Positions 47,155 to 57,598 of a stretch of 64,000 nucleotides of DNA are shown piece after piece. A program made the position numbers and the translations under genes. Each line of letters starts with the position of its first letter. Positions within the stretch are counted from its first letter, which is position 1. This stretch comes from Alphaproteobacteria bacterium (GTDB lineage Bacteria; Pseudomonadota; Alphaproteobacteria; RF32; CAG-239). The stretch covers positions 187 to 64,186 of the forward strand of contig SUUR01000002.1 in the NCBI GenBank assembly GCA_015062435.1. Direction: 5' to 3'. The notes beneath the pieces are model-generated. The model saw only the letters and a list, made by a program, of their open reading frames with translations. It searched no databases and was not told the origin of the DNA.

Positions 47155-47448
47155 ATGGAATGGTACCAAATATTGCAAGCCGTATTATCGCTTGTTTTTG
47201 TAGTCGGATTACTTTTACTTTGTCTTTGGCTTTTTAAGTTTTGTGAACAAAAAAGCTTAAAACTTCAATTTTCTCGATTACAAAAAAACAATCGCCATAT
47301 CCATATCATAGAAAAATACATGCTTGATACAAAAAACAAAATAGTATTGCTATGCTGTGATGATATAGATTACTTATTACTTTTATCACCGACACATACG
47401 CAAGTTTTAAGCCAAAAACCACATACGGAAAACAACAATCATGAATAA
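47155..47448 (+). CDS. fliO: Flagellar biosynthesis protein FliO
   Basis: 97 aa with a single TM helix (ILQAVLSLVFVVGLLLLCLWLF). SD aggag. Overlaps the fliP start. Confidence 0.65.
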   Translation: MEWYQILQAVLSLVFVVGLLLLCLWLFKFCEQKSLKLQFSRLQKNNRHIHIIEKYMLDTKNKIVLLCCDDIDYLLLLSPTHTQVLSQKPHTENNNHE

Positions 47449-48178
47449 AAAATCAGTATTTATACTATTAACAGTATTTTTTAGCGTTTTTGCTTTACCG
47501 GTAATGGCGCAAAGCTTAAATATCAATTTAGCAGATGCTCCGGACGGAACAGCGACCGGACGCATTTTCAGCGTATTATTGATGATTACGGTATTATCAC
47601 TGGCTCCATCTATTTTAATAATGATGACATCTTTTACCCGTATTGCAGTAGTATTTGCAATTACTCGCAGTGCCTTAGCCACCAACACTACTCCGCCTAA
47701 TATGGTTCTTGTTTCTTTAGCCTTATTTCTAACCTTATTTATCATGAGTCCGACTCTTGAAAAATCTTGGGAACAAGGAATTAAACCAATGATGGATGAA
47801 AAAATAGAAGTTATGGAAGGTTTAGAAAAAGCATCAACCCCTCTAAAAGAGTTTATGGTAAATAATACCAGAGAAAAAGACTTGCTTCTTTTTAGCAATC
47901 TCAGTAAAGAAAAACCGGCAGAAACTGTTGCTCAAACACCTCTTAAAATTGCGATCCCCGCCTTCATGATTAGTGAACTGCGTCGAGCTTTTGAAATAGG
48001 TTTCCTAATATTCGTTCCATTTTTAATAATCGATATGGTAATTGCTTCAGTCCTAATGTCTATGGGTATGATGATGCTTCCGCCGAGTGTTTTGGCATTA
48101 CCATTCAAAATAATTTTTTTCGTATTGGTTGACGGTTGGTATCTCTTAGCCGGAAGTCTTGTTAACAGTTTCAACTAG
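47441..48178 (+). CDS. fliP: Flagellar type III export apparatus protein FliP
   Basis: Signal peptide plus highly conserved PAFMISELRRAFEIGFLIFVPFLIIDMVIASVLMSMGMMMLPP. Confidence 0.95.
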   Translation: MNKKSVFILLTVFFSVFALPVMAQSLNINLADAPDGTATGRIFSVLLMITVLSLAPSILIMMTSFTRIAVVFAITRSALATNTTPPNMVLVSLALFLTLFIMSPTLEKSWEQGIKPMMDEKIEVMEGLEKASTPLKEFMVNNTREKDLLLFSNLSKEKPAETVAQTPLKIAIPAFMISELRRAFEIGFLIFVPFLIIDMVIASVLMSMGMMMLPPSVLALPFKIIFFVLVDGWYLLAGSLVNSFN

Positions 48179-48215
48179 AATAATATCATTTTTTATGATC
48201 TACCATAAACAACAA

Positions 48216-48256
48216 AGCTACTGAGATTATTTTCTCGGTAGCTTAAATATTTTTAA
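48216..48256 (+). terminator. Terminator after fliP
   Basis: agctactgag (48216-48225) pairs with ctcggtagct (48234-48243, one G:U), followed by taaatattttt. Confidence 0.55.
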
Positions 48257-48513
48257 TTCAATCTGTCATTGACTGTTGGCATGATTGGAGCCACTTTTGT
48301 ACTTACTCTTTTGTCAGTTCAATTGCAGTAACAAATACATCTAATGCCACAATTTTTTTGTTTTTTTCATAATAATAATTTCCATTAATGATGAAACCAT
48401 AGCATAAAAAACACAAGTTTTGTTTATCGCTCAATACCTAAGTTTGCCGAAAGAGTCCTAAAAGATGTTTAGACAGTACTAACATTTACTCAAAAAGATA
48501 AATGCCATTTAAA

Positions 48514-51498
48514 TTACCAAACTTCATCATAACCTAGCGTAGGATCATTCAGACGAAGATTGTAATCATCATTATTCTTATCAAATCCCCATCTGAAATT
48601 TATTAATTGGTCATAACCTTTGTATGATTGACCACCATCAACAATCTGATGATTCCATTCCCACTTTGGAGCCGTAGACATCGCACGTCTTTCAAAATAA
48701 CAATAAACATTTGCAATAGCCGTCATTTCTTCATTATACACCGGAAACAGATTCCAAACCACTTTACCTTGTAAATCACCAAAAGATGCACCTATTTTAG
48801 TTAAATATTCTTCATAATCAGAAGCATAATATAAGAATCCCATAATTGCATGCCAACCGATGAATGCTGATTGACGTTGTCCGCCATCAGCTCCTGACCC
48901 TGAGGCTGTTGATGGAGTTCCTTTATTTCCATAAACACCACTGATGGTTGTATTTAGCCATGTATTTGTTTGGAATGTTAATGGCCAACCGCTTTTTACT
49001 ACGTGACTGTGACTTCCGTTTCCGTTAGAACTGTTAAGTTCAAAAGCCGCATTCAAAGGATTCGTTCTTGGCACAAAATAATCCCTGAATTTTTTACCGA
49101 TATCTCCTGCAGAAGGTTCCACACCCGGAATAAAGAATGCTTCAGACATTTTCCATCTGATAGGACTGATGGTAATTACCTTCGAATATCCGGGAGGACA
49201 TTGTGGTGTAGGCACAAATCCCAACCACGGAGACGCTATACAGTTTGCATCATTATTAGCACATTCACCAGGTCCATCTACCGTAAATCCTCCTCCGACT
49301 AATGCTGTAACCGGATATTCCTCCCATTTCTTTTTATTATCTTCTTCTTTATATGTATTATCCAATACATAAATACCTTTATTAATAAAATCCGGAAGAA
49401 TATCACTTAACCTTGCTCCACCTCTTGTAGTCAGCTTAATATCATGCATTACTGAAGTATACGCCGGATTCACCTGATATGCATCATAAGCTTTGGTAGC
49501 TCCGGTATCATAATCTCCTTTTCCGACATAATCTGGAAATTCAACATTTGAAATAAATCTGTCTGCACGAATATACCCCGGAGTATCAACCCTTCCTTCA
49601 GAAGTATCACCGGTGTTAAGAGTTCCCCTTGCCACATCAATAATTCCTTCTCTTGATATTCTCACCCCTGTATCACGAACAGAATTATCAGACGGAAACG
49701 CCGGAGCTAAATCGTACACAATATCATCATCATTCATAATAAAATTATCATTAAATTGGAAAGTGCTACTATTAACATATGTTGTATCTGCAGTTATGGT
49801 AACATCTCCATTTTCCAATTCCATCTGTGGAGTATTCACACCAGTTCCCTGACCTCCGATAATTGCAGCATAATTACCGCTCATTACGGAACCGCTTGCA
49901 TCAATTGCTAATTTATTATCACCGGCAGCCGTATTTACTTCAAATGCCGTACCTATGTCCATACTCATTGCCCCCGTTGAAGCGGAAACCGTATTTCCGC
50001 TTATTGCAACTTCACCGGCACTATCAATTGCCACCCCCGAAGAATCCGTTTTTAATTTATTGGAAACAGCCCCGTTTATTTGCTGATAACTCAAACCACT
50101 ATCATCAATTAATAATTTATTTGTTTCACTTGAACCACCGATTATTTCAACTGCTCTATTATTACCGGTCTTAGATACTTTTAAGATATCACTAACCGAA
50201 AAACTCGGTAAATTAACTTTAACATCATCAGCCGTTGCTACAAAGTTATAAGTACCATCTTCTTGTTTTCCACCACCAAGTTCAATATTCCCATATAGCT
50301 TATCAGCTATCAAATCTTGATCTATTTTAACGTTTCCGGTAAAATGTGCATTTGCATTATTCTTAACCAATAAATTCCCATCAACCGCTAACGAATATTC
50401 TTCATTTTCATCATCTGTCTCACCACTTGTACCGGAAACTAAAATTCCTTCACCTGCTATTAACTTACCGGTAGTATCAACCGTCACTTTTTCATTAATT
50501 TTAGTTGCACCTGTTATTGTTGTCGCACCTGTTATTGTTGTCGCTCCGGTTATTGTTGTTGCTCCGGTAATACTTGTCGGCACATTGATGTCAACCTTAG
50601 ATGAATCTACTGTCATCTTTTCTGCAATATTTGCACTTCCGGCTTTTAATAATCCTGTAATTGTGCCTGTACCAGCCGTCAAAGCACTGGTAATATTTGC
50701 ATTTTCTGCTGATATATCCTTCGTAACATCTAAACCGCCTTCTATCGTAACCTTATCAATTCCACTGGCAGCCACAATCTTATCAACGTCTTCAATAGAG
50801 TTTTCTGCCATATACAATGTTGTTTGCATTGTATTATACTCAATACCTTCTGAGTTATCTCTGAACAACACATGATCTTTATTGGCACCACCGCCACCTG
50901 ATGATGTAACCGCATGTACCGATGCCGTCACCAAACTTCCGGTATTTACAGTATCACCAAAACCAAAATCAGATAAATTAGCCTTCCAACCGCCTTGAAC
51001 ACCCATGATATTAAAATCTGCACGTTCTTTATCAACCACACCACCGTTGGCACCAACCATGGATGCTATTTTTGCAGCTCTGATCATTGGTAATTCAGCA
51101 TCAACCGGAGCCAACACCATTCCGGTAATGGCGGAGTGTTCATTATCTTCACCTTCATTAATTAATTCATTTCTTAGAGCAAACTCATATTTTCCGAATA
51201 TTTTAGATTTATCGATATTAAAATTATATGGCAAATACGGAACAATATCATCGCTGTCAATAGAAGCCTCACCTACCGGTCCGGAAGCAATTTCATCATA
51301 GTTATCATATATATAATCATCTAATGCTTTTGAGAGTGTACGCATTTGAGTTGCAGCATTGATATCTTGCAATTCGGTTGTTCTTTCCGCTGCTTTTTTA
51401 TACAATACCGGAGTAACCATAGTAATCAACCCGAGCATTGCCAATGCTTCTACCATCATACTGCCTTTTTGCAAACATTTTTCCGTTTTGGTTTTCAT
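48514..51498 (-). CDS. Giant (994 aa) protein with prepilin/TadE-TadG-like N-terminus, beta-helix-like repeats and a Cys/Trp-rich C-terminal domain
   Basis: N-terminus MKTKTEKCLQKG/SMMVEALAMLGLITMVTPVLY: a short basic leader, Gly, Glu at +5, then about 20 hydrophobic residues. Gly/Thr/Asn-rich repeats in the middle, including (TITGAT)x4. Confidence 0.6.
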   Translation of the reverse strand: MKTKTEKCLQKGSMMVEALAMLGLITMVTPVLYKKAAERTTELQDINAATQMRTLSKALDDYIYDNYDEIASGPVGEASIDSDDIVPYLPYNFNIDKSKIFGKYEFALRNELINEGEDNEHSAITGMVLAPVDAELPMIRAAKIASMVGANGGVVDKERADFNIMGVQGGWKANLSDFGFGDTVNTGSLVTASVHAVTSSGGGGANKDHVLFRDNSEGIEYNTMQTTLYMAENSIEDVDKIVAASGIDKVTIEGGLDVTKDISAENANITSALTAGTGTITGLLKAGSANIAEKMTVDSSKVDINVPTSITGATTITGATTITGATTITGATKINEKVTVDTTGKLIAGEGILVSGTSGETDDENEEYSLAVDGNLLVKNNANAHFTGNVKIDQDLIADKLYGNIELGGGKQEDGTYNFVATADDVKVNLPSFSVSDILKVSKTGNNRAVEIIGGSSETNKLLIDDSGLSYQQINGAVSNKLKTDSSGVAIDSAGEVAISGNTVSASTGAMSMDIGTAFEVNTAAGDNKLAIDASGSVMSGNYAAIIGGQGTGVNTPQMELENGDVTITADTTYVNSSTFQFNDNFIMNDDDIVYDLAPAFPSDNSVRDTGVRISREGIIDVARGTLNTGDTSEGRVDTPGYIRADRFISNVEFPDYVGKGDYDTGATKAYDAYQVNPAYTSVMHDIKLTTRGGARLSDILPDFINKGIYVLDNTYKEEDNKKKWEEYPVTALVGGGFTVDGPGECANNDANCIASPWLGFVPTPQCPPGYSKVITISPIRWKMSEAFFIPGVEPSAGDIGKKFRDYFVPRTNPLNAAFELNSSNGNGSHSHVVKSGWPLTFQTNTWLNTTISGVYGNKGTPSTASGSGADGGQRQSAFIGWHAIMGFLYYASDYEEYLTKIGASFGDLQGKVVWNLFPVYNEEMTAIANVYCYFERRAMSTAPKWEWNHQIVDGGQSYKGYDQLINFRWGFDKNNDDYNLRLNDPTLGYDEVW
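50503..50577 (-). repeat. In-frame repeat of about 3.5 x 21 nt (GATTITG units)
   Basis: Residues 308-332: TSITGATTITGATTITGATTITGAT. Confidence 0.75.
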
Positions 51499-51516
51499 CA
51501 GTCCTCTCCTTAAACT

Positions 51517-52203
51517 TTAAATGTTGCTTACATAAATCATACAAATTTTATTACTGCTCAAATCACATTTAGATTTAAACGTAACATCATTAACAATCGC
51601 TTTAGGTACAAAATTAACTCTTACACCATCTCTATCCACCAACCTCACATTAGACCCTGAAGGATTGTCTTCCGTATTGGCTATACCCTCAGCATCTGCA
51701 AGAGCCATATAGCCGAATTTTTCTCCCACATTCACAATAGAACGCATAGCATTCATCAAATCCAAATTAGGTCTTTGCATTTCAGCGGATAAACTCATCC
51801 AACGTGGAGGTATCGGCCCATAAGTTATAAGCAATCTGCGATTTGTAATCAAATCACACGGATTGTTAGTGGGATTATGAGAATATGCTTCCGAAAAAGT
51901 CGGATCCATACAAAAAATCTGACTGACATAATCATTATTCATAATAAAACCGAATGGTAACTCTTTTTTTAAATCATCTTCACTAACCACACCAACTTGA
52001 TATTCAACTTTTTTCTTATCAGCACTATAAGGAAATTTTTTATATTTCACATAACTTTTAGCAGCTTCATGCTGAACAATAATTTTTCCCAACACTGCTT
52101 CGGCAACAGGTTCTACCGTAATCGAACGCATATCCGGTCGTATAGCAAGCGAATAAGACGCAAGCATTGCCAAAAACGTTGCCAATATAACCCAAATATA
52201 CAT
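51517..52203 (-). CDS. Membrane-anchored protein, unknown function (upstream partner of the giant pilin-like gene)
   Basis: Start at ATG 52203 (SD gagg 9 nt upstream): MYIWVILATFLAMLASYSLAI, then a soluble domain. Ends 18 nt before the 994-aa gene. Confidence 0.55.
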   Translation of the reverse strand: MYIWVILATFLAMLASYSLAIRPDMRSITVEPVAEAVLGKIIVQHEAAKSYVKYKKFPYSADKKKVEYQVGVVSEDDLKKELPFGFIMNNDYVSQIFCMDPTFSEAYSHNPTNNPCDLITNRRLLITYGPIPPRWMSLSAEMQRPNLDLMNAMRSIVNVGEKFGYMALADAEGIANTEDNPSGSNVRLVDRDGVRVNFVPKAIVNDVTFKSKCDLSSNKICMIYVSNI

Positions 52204-52375
52204 TTGATTAACCTCAAAATCATTTACATATATGTCAGTATAACATAAAAAAAGTTTCAAATATGTTAAACTTATATTAAATCTACTGGTAATAAGTGCA
52301 AAATTTACGTTTATTTATAAAATTAATGATATAAAATACAATCAAGTTGCCATAGCGATCTGTTTGGGGAAAAAT

Positions 52376-52912
52376 ATGATTGATCAAGAAGACGATTTAG
52401 ATGGCGGAGAAGAAACTTCTTCTCCCAAGCCCATAAACCGTAAAAAAATGCTCATACTGGTTTTACCGGTAGTTATTGTTATTGGTTTATCGGTAGGCTT
52501 ATATTTTGCATTAAACAAAGATTACAACAATACCCCCGGTACATATAACATTATTCAAAACGGAAAATCTGAAGACGGAACAGAAAACATAACAGTTTTC
52601 TACGATTTACCGGAGATAAACGCTCGCATAAAATCAGTAGGACCGGATAAAAAAACCGTATCATTGGCGCTAAATGTTGAACTTTCCAAAATAGAAGATG
52701 TTCAAACATTAGATATCCTATCACCCAGAATTAAAGATGCGGTATTATCTCACGTTATAGAACTTACCCCCGAAGAAATCGAAGGAGCCAACGGAATTTA
52801 TTGGCTTAAAGAAGAATTGCTGTATCGTCTTAATTTGGTGGTTGCACCGGTACGTATCAGTAGTCTTAATATCAAACAAATAGAAGTTATCAACGAAAAC
52901 AAAGAACCTTAA
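52376..52912 (+). CDS. fliL: Flagellar basal-body-associated protein FliL
   Basis: TM helix followed by the FliL domain (VFYDLPEINARIKS...LSPRIKDAVLSHV). Upstream of fliM. Confidence 0.8.
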   Translation: MIDQEDDLDGGEETSSPKPINRKKMLILVLPVVIVIGLSVGLYFALNKDYNNTPGTYNIIQNGKSEDGTENITVFYDLPEINARIKSVGPDKKTVSLALNVELSKIEDVQTLDILSPRIKDAVLSHVIELTPEEIEGANGIYWLKEELLYRLNLVVAPVRISSLNIKQIEVINENKEP

Positions 52913-52923
52913 GGATAAATAAA

Positions 52924-53961
52924 GTGGCTGAAGAAACTTCAACATCTCCTGACAATACTCCTTCTGTTTCACCTGAAATTGAAGAAAATATTGCAGATTC
53001 AAAGATTTTAAATCAAGAAGAAATCGATATTCTTTTAGGATATGGTACGGATATCGATAACGATTCTCCGATTCAGACCAACGGCGTTAGAGCCATTCTC
53101 AATTCCGGAATGGTTTCATATGAACGTTTACCCATGCTGGAAATCGTTTTTGACCGTTTGATTCGCCTTATGGCTACTTCACTGCGTAACTTCACTCAAG
53201 ATAACGTTGAAGTATCTTTAGACAGCATTGAATCCATGCGTTTTGGCGAATACATTGAATCTCTAACACTTCCGACATTGCTAAATGTTTTCAAAGCCGA
53301 AGAATGGGACAATTATGGTTTAATGTCTGTCGATAGCTCACTTATTTACTCAATGGTAGATGTATTACTTGGCGGACGCAGAGGCACCGCAGCCATGCGT
53401 ATTGAAGGACGCCCATACACCACAATTGAATTAAATATCGTAAAGGAAATGATAAAGCTTATTTTAAGTGATTTATCAACAGCTTTTGACCCTATAACTT
53501 CTGTTACCTTTGCTTTTGACAGATTAGAAACTAATCCTCGTTTTGCAACCATATCTCGCCTATCTAATGCCGTAATTGTAGCTCATCTTAGAGTAGATAT
53601 GGAAGATAGAGGAGGTAAAATAGATTTAATGATTCCATATGCAACCCTTGAACCGGTCAGAGAACTTCTTTTGCAAATGTTTATGGGAGAACGTTTTGGT
53701 CGGGACGCTGTTTGGGAAAATCACCTTATGTCTCAGCTTTGGGATACCGATGTAGAAATTAAAGCGATTCTCAAAGAAAAAGAAATCAAGTTAGCAGAAA
53801 TATCTTCATGGGAAAAAGGCTCTTTTCTGCCTTTAGAGATCAGTCCCCAAGAAGATGTAACCATTGTTTGCGGAGATGTTCCGTTGTTTAAAGGAGCAAT
53901 GGGAAGAAAAGATAAAAATATTGTTATCAAAATTGACAGAAAGGCTGAAAAAGATGGCTAA
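52924..53961 (+). CDS. fliM: Flagellar motor switch protein FliM
   Basis: GTG start. LNQEEIDILLG CheY-P-binding-type N-terminus plus FliM middle and C-terminal domains. Confidence 0.88.
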   Translation: MAEETSTSPDNTPSVSPEIEENIADSKILNQEEIDILLGYGTDIDNDSPIQTNGVRAILNSGMVSYERLPMLEIVFDRLIRLMATSLRNFTQDNVEVSLDSIESMRFGEYIESLTLPTLLNVFKAEEWDNYGLMSVDSSLIYSMVDVLLGGRRGTAAMRIEGRPYTTIELNIVKEMIKLILSDLSTAFDPITSVTFAFDRLETNPRFATISRLSNAVIVAHLRVDMEDRGGKIDLMIPYATLEPVRELLLQMFMGERFGRDAVWENHLMSQLWDTDVEIKAILKEKEIKLAEISSWEKGSFLPLEISPQEDVTIVCGDVPLFKGAMGRKDKNIVIKIDRKAEKDG

Positions 53962-54388
53962 TTTAGAGTTGGTTATAAATCTCATAATCATAGCATTGTT
54001 GGTTCCTACAATTTTGTATGCTTACCGCTTGAATCATAGTTTAAAAATGTTACGCCAAAACCAAAATAGTTTGGCTCAGTTGGTAAATGCACTAAATGAA
54101 GCCACATTCAAAGCCGAAAACAGTATTCCCAAAATCAAATCGGTTACCGAACATTCATCTGAAGGACTAAAAGAGGTAGTAGACAGCGCCAAAGAACTTA
54201 AAGATGACTTATTGTTCATCAACGAAAGAGCAGATACTCTTGCTGACAGACTGGAAAACGTCATCAGCACGGGAAGAACAATAAAACCCCAAACGGAAAT
54301 TGTTTCTTCCACTTCGCCCCTCAAAGAAGATATTTCTCGTTCCGAAGCTGAGCTTGAATTATTAAAAGCTTTACGATCAATAAAATAA
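53954..54388 (+). CDS. Flagellar-cluster membrane protein (DUF6468-like)
   Basis: MANLELVINLIIIALLVPTILYAYRLN TM helix plus coiled coil. Overlaps the fliM stop. The family name is tentative. Confidence 0.45.
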   Translation: MANLELVINLIIIALLVPTILYAYRLNHSLKMLRQNQNSLAQLVNALNEATFKAENSIPKIKSVTEHSSEGLKEVVDSAKELKDDLLFINERADTLADRLENVISTGRTIKPQTEIVSSTSPLKEDISRSEAELELLKALRSIK

Positions 54389-54409
54389 ACAAAGACTAAG
54401 GTACTACAA

Positions 54410-55048
54410 ATGTCAAACAACAAAAACAAAATACGCCTTCTTCCCATATTTATCTTTATGGCTGTACTAACTTTGTCAATAAAAGTTAACAACATTTTTG
54501 ATATATACCAAAACAACTCTTCATCAAAAGTAAGTATCACAACATCTGAAGCTTTTGCTGAAGAAAAAATCGCCCAAGAAAGTGCCGAATTATCTAAATT
54601 TTTAACCGACGGGAAACCGGAAAACGCCAAAACAGCACCTAACAGTGCTTTTTCGCAATCAGAAATTTTAATTTTGCAAGAGCTTGCAGAACGCAGAGAA
54701 GCTTTAGATGTTAGAGCTCAAGCCATAGATAAACGTGCGATTCAACTCAAAGTAACCGAAGAAGAAATAAATAAAAAACTTCAACAACTTCAAGACTACG
54801 AAAACAGACTTCAAAAACTTGTAAACACTTATTCAGAACAAGAAAAAGCCAACATTGCATCTATGGTAAAACTCTATTCGGCCATGAAACCGCAAGACGC
54901 TGCTCGTATATTTAATTCATTGGATATGAACATTACCGTTGCTTTGCTTAAAGGAATGAAACCATCATCATCATCGGCAATACTTTCACAGATGGATTCT
55001 CAAAAAGCACAAGCCGTAACAGCGGAGCTTATCGGAAACAACCTTTAA
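54410..55048 (+). CDS. MotE/FlbB-like flagellar protein (MgtE_N-type domain)
   Basis: Signal-anchor, coiled coil, then MKPQDAARIFNSLDMNITVALLKGMKPSSSSAILSQMDSQKAQAVTAEL. Confidence 0.55.
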   Translation: MSNNKNKIRLLPIFIFMAVLTLSIKVNNIFDIYQNNSSSKVSITTSEAFAEEKIAQESAELSKFLTDGKPENAKTAPNSAFSQSEILILQELAERREALDVRAQAIDKRAIQLKVTEEEINKKLQQLQDYENRLQKLVNTYSEQEKANIASMVKLYSAMKPQDAARIFNSLDMNITVALLKGMKPSSSSAILSQMDSQKAQAVTAELIGNNL

Positions 55049-55051
55049 TCC

Positions 55052-57595
55052 TTGAGGATTTTTACATTGTTAAATAAAAGGCGAAATTCTAACATTTTAA
55101 TATCAGCAGCAATAACTTTTATTGTTTTTGCCGGTATTGCAAATGCACAAACGCCTCTTATCATGGATTCTGAATTACATGCTCCAACCTATGATAACAA
55201 AGATAAAATTAACAATACTCCTCTCTATGCCTTAGGAACAGCACCTGAGAAAAAAGTCGCAAGTCTTAGTTTTGCATGGAATAGTCCAACCAGTTTGGCA
55301 TCTTTTGAAAGAAACGGCAAAATTTGGCTTATTTTCGATGATTTGCAACAAGTTGACATTGAGAATCTGAAAACAACGGCATCTCCATTAATTAAGAATA
55401 TTTTTCAATTTCCGCATCCCTTAGCGACACTTATTCAAATTATCCCTGAAGATGGTGTTAAGGTTTCGATTCGTAAAGAGGGGTTACTTTGGATTGTTGA
55501 TTTATATAAGCAAGATATTCCTCCGCACGAATTTAAGGAAATGACTATTTTTACTCAATATGACAGTCTTAAACAACCATACCTGTTCATTCCCAATGAA
55601 TACTCAGGCAACGTAATTTCAATCATCGACCCTGAGATCGGCGATATCATAAGTACGGCTCCATCATCACAACCGTATTTAGGTACATCGCAAACATATA
55701 ATTATCCTGAATTTGATATCTTGCAAACTATACAAGGACTTGCTTTTGTAATTAATGCACCAGATATTTTACTCACCAGAAGCAATTCCGGTCTTACTCT
55801 GAGAGCTCAAGGCAGAGGATTAAATATTTCAAGTGATTTGGAATTATTAAAACGTCGTCAACTAAAAAAAGACAACTTCGGTAAAATCCAAAATTTTAAT
55901 TTACAAATACCAGATACAATTCAAAAAATGTCATTCATTGACGCAGTAGAGAAATTTAAAAAAGATATTATTGCAGCACCTCTCAGTGAAAAGAATCAAC
56001 TAAGAATTGAACTGGCCCGTTATTATATATCTCAAGGCTTGGGAACCAATGCTTTATTTATTCTTAATCAAATAAAAAAAGCCAAACTTCCCGAATCAAA
56101 AACAGATGACTTCCACTCATTAAGTGGAATAGCCAATTTTTTGGCCAGAAGATACCAAGATGCCGCTCAAGACTTTTCTCAAGGAAATTTACCAGAGTTT
56201 GATGAAGGAATTTTTTGGCGCACACTTTCTCAAAGCGCATATGAATACAATGAAACTAACAACGCAATTATTTTCGCCCACATTTCTTTAATCAGAGATT
56301 ATCCGCAGGAGATAAAAGATCAAGTTGCTTTGGTTGCTGCTCGCAATGCGATTCGCACAGGAGATGATTTATCATCGCAAAACTTTATAGATATTTTACG
56401 TTCGGTTCCGGACAGACTCCGCAATCTTACCCCTGAAATTAATTATCTTTTTGCACAAAAATTAGAAATTCAGGGATACCCCAGAAACGCAATTAAGGAA
56501 TACCGTAATATCATAAAATCACCATCAGCAAAATATTCGGCTCTTTCTCGCTACAACAATGCAATTTTGAGTCAAAAATTAAATATCATGCCAACCAAAG
56601 AAGCCATAGCAGAACTTGAAAGGCTACGTTTTGCATGGAGTGAAAAAGAATTTAAACTCAATTTATTAAATCAGTTATCTACACTATATCTAAAAGATTT
56701 TGATTATCACAATGCCTTACGCACATTAAATGAAGCCATTTCTTTCGCAGATAAGAGTGAAGACAAAGAACGTTTGACCAAACGCATGATTAAAGTTTTT
56801 GAAGAAATATTCCTAAGCAATCAAGCCGATGAAAAACTATCTCCGATTACGGCTCTTGCCCTCTATCAAGATTTTAATTGGCTATCTGACTTAAGTACCA
56901 AAAGACTATCAATAATTCAACATTTGGCAGATCGTTTGGTTGCGGTAGATTTATTACCCAGAGCACAAAATATTCTCTCATCATTATTACAAGAACCAAA
57001 TTTAACCGATGAAGAACGGGCTAGAATCGGCTCTCGTATTGCTGTCATTTATTTGTTTGAAAACAGCCCTACTCATGCCATAGAAGTATTAAATCGCACT
57101 TCTGCCCCTAACCTATCTGATGCCACCACCAATCCGCGCAGAGTAATCATGGCAAGAGCTTATACCTCACTTGGCCAAACGAATAAAGCACTTGAGCTTT
57201 TGGAAAATGATTATAGCAAAACAGCCCTTTTACATAAGTTTGAAATTTATTGGAGTGGACGCCAGTGGGATAAAGCTTCAGATACCATCAAATATCTTGT
57301 AGAAGAACCGCAAAAAGGCCAAAAACTCTCTCAAGAACAAATAAATTTCATATTAGATTGGGCAACCACTCTCAAACAAGCAGGAAAAGATACGGTTTTA
57401 GTACGCTTACGCAACAAATTTCTTCCTTACTTTTCTAATACCAAATATTATAGCATTTTTAATATCTTAACCAAACAACTGGAACAAGATAAAGTTGACA
57501 TAAAAGAAATAAATAATATAGTAAATGATGTACAAGCATTTACCAACTATGCCAAAATATATGGTGAAAGCTTGCAACATAGCATATCAGAATAA
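55052..57595 (+). CDS. Large periplasmic TPR-like protein in the flagellar operon
   Basis: Non-ATG (TTG) start is uncertain. Signal peptide ...FAGIANA/Q. Helical-repeat-rich; 847 aa. Confidence 0.55.
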   Translation: MRIFTLLNKRRNSNILISAAITFIVFAGIANAQTPLIMDSELHAPTYDNKDKINNTPLYALGTAPEKKVASLSFAWNSPTSLASFERNGKIWLIFDDLQQVDIENLKTTASPLIKNIFQFPHPLATLIQIIPEDGVKVSIRKEGLLWIVDLYKQDIPPHEFKEMTIFTQYDSLKQPYLFIPNEYSGNVISIIDPEIGDIISTAPSSQPYLGTSQTYNYPEFDILQTIQGLAFVINAPDILLTRSNSGLTLRAQGRGLNISSDLELLKRRQLKKDNFGKIQNFNLQIPDTIQKMSFIDAVEKFKKDIIAAPLSEKNQLRIELARYYISQGLGTNALFILNQIKKAKLPESKTDDFHSLSGIANFLARRYQDAAQDFSQGNLPEFDEGIFWRTLSQSAYEYNETNNAIIFAHISLIRDYPQEIKDQVALVAARNAIRTGDDLSSQNFIDILRSVPDRLRNLTPEINYLFAQKLEIQGYPRNAIKEYRNIIKSPSAKYSALSRYNNAILSQKLNIMPTKEAIAELERLRFAWSEKEFKLNLLNQLSTLYLKDFDYHNALRTLNEAISFADKSEDKERLTKRMIKVFEEIFLSNQADEKLSPITALALYQDFNWLSDLSTKRLSIIQHLADRLVAVDLLPRAQNILSSLLQEPNLTDEERARIGSRIAVIYLFENSPTHAIEVLNRTSAPNLSDATTNPRRVIMARAYTSLGQTNKALELLENDYSKTALLHKFEIYWSGRQWDKASDTIKYLVEEPQKGQKLSQEQINFILDWATTLKQAGKDTVLVRLRNKFLPYFSNTKYYSIFNILTKQLEQDKVDIKEINNIVNDVQAFTNYAKIYGESLQHSISE

Positions 57596-57598
57596 AAA

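Noticed and set aside
52337-52354. Sigma54-like motif TGGCAA-CTTGA-TTGTA on the minus strand upstream of the pilin-like operon.
   Set aside because: The -12 element is GT instead of the nearly invariant GC. The site is in AT-rich DNA, so it is too weak to call without data.
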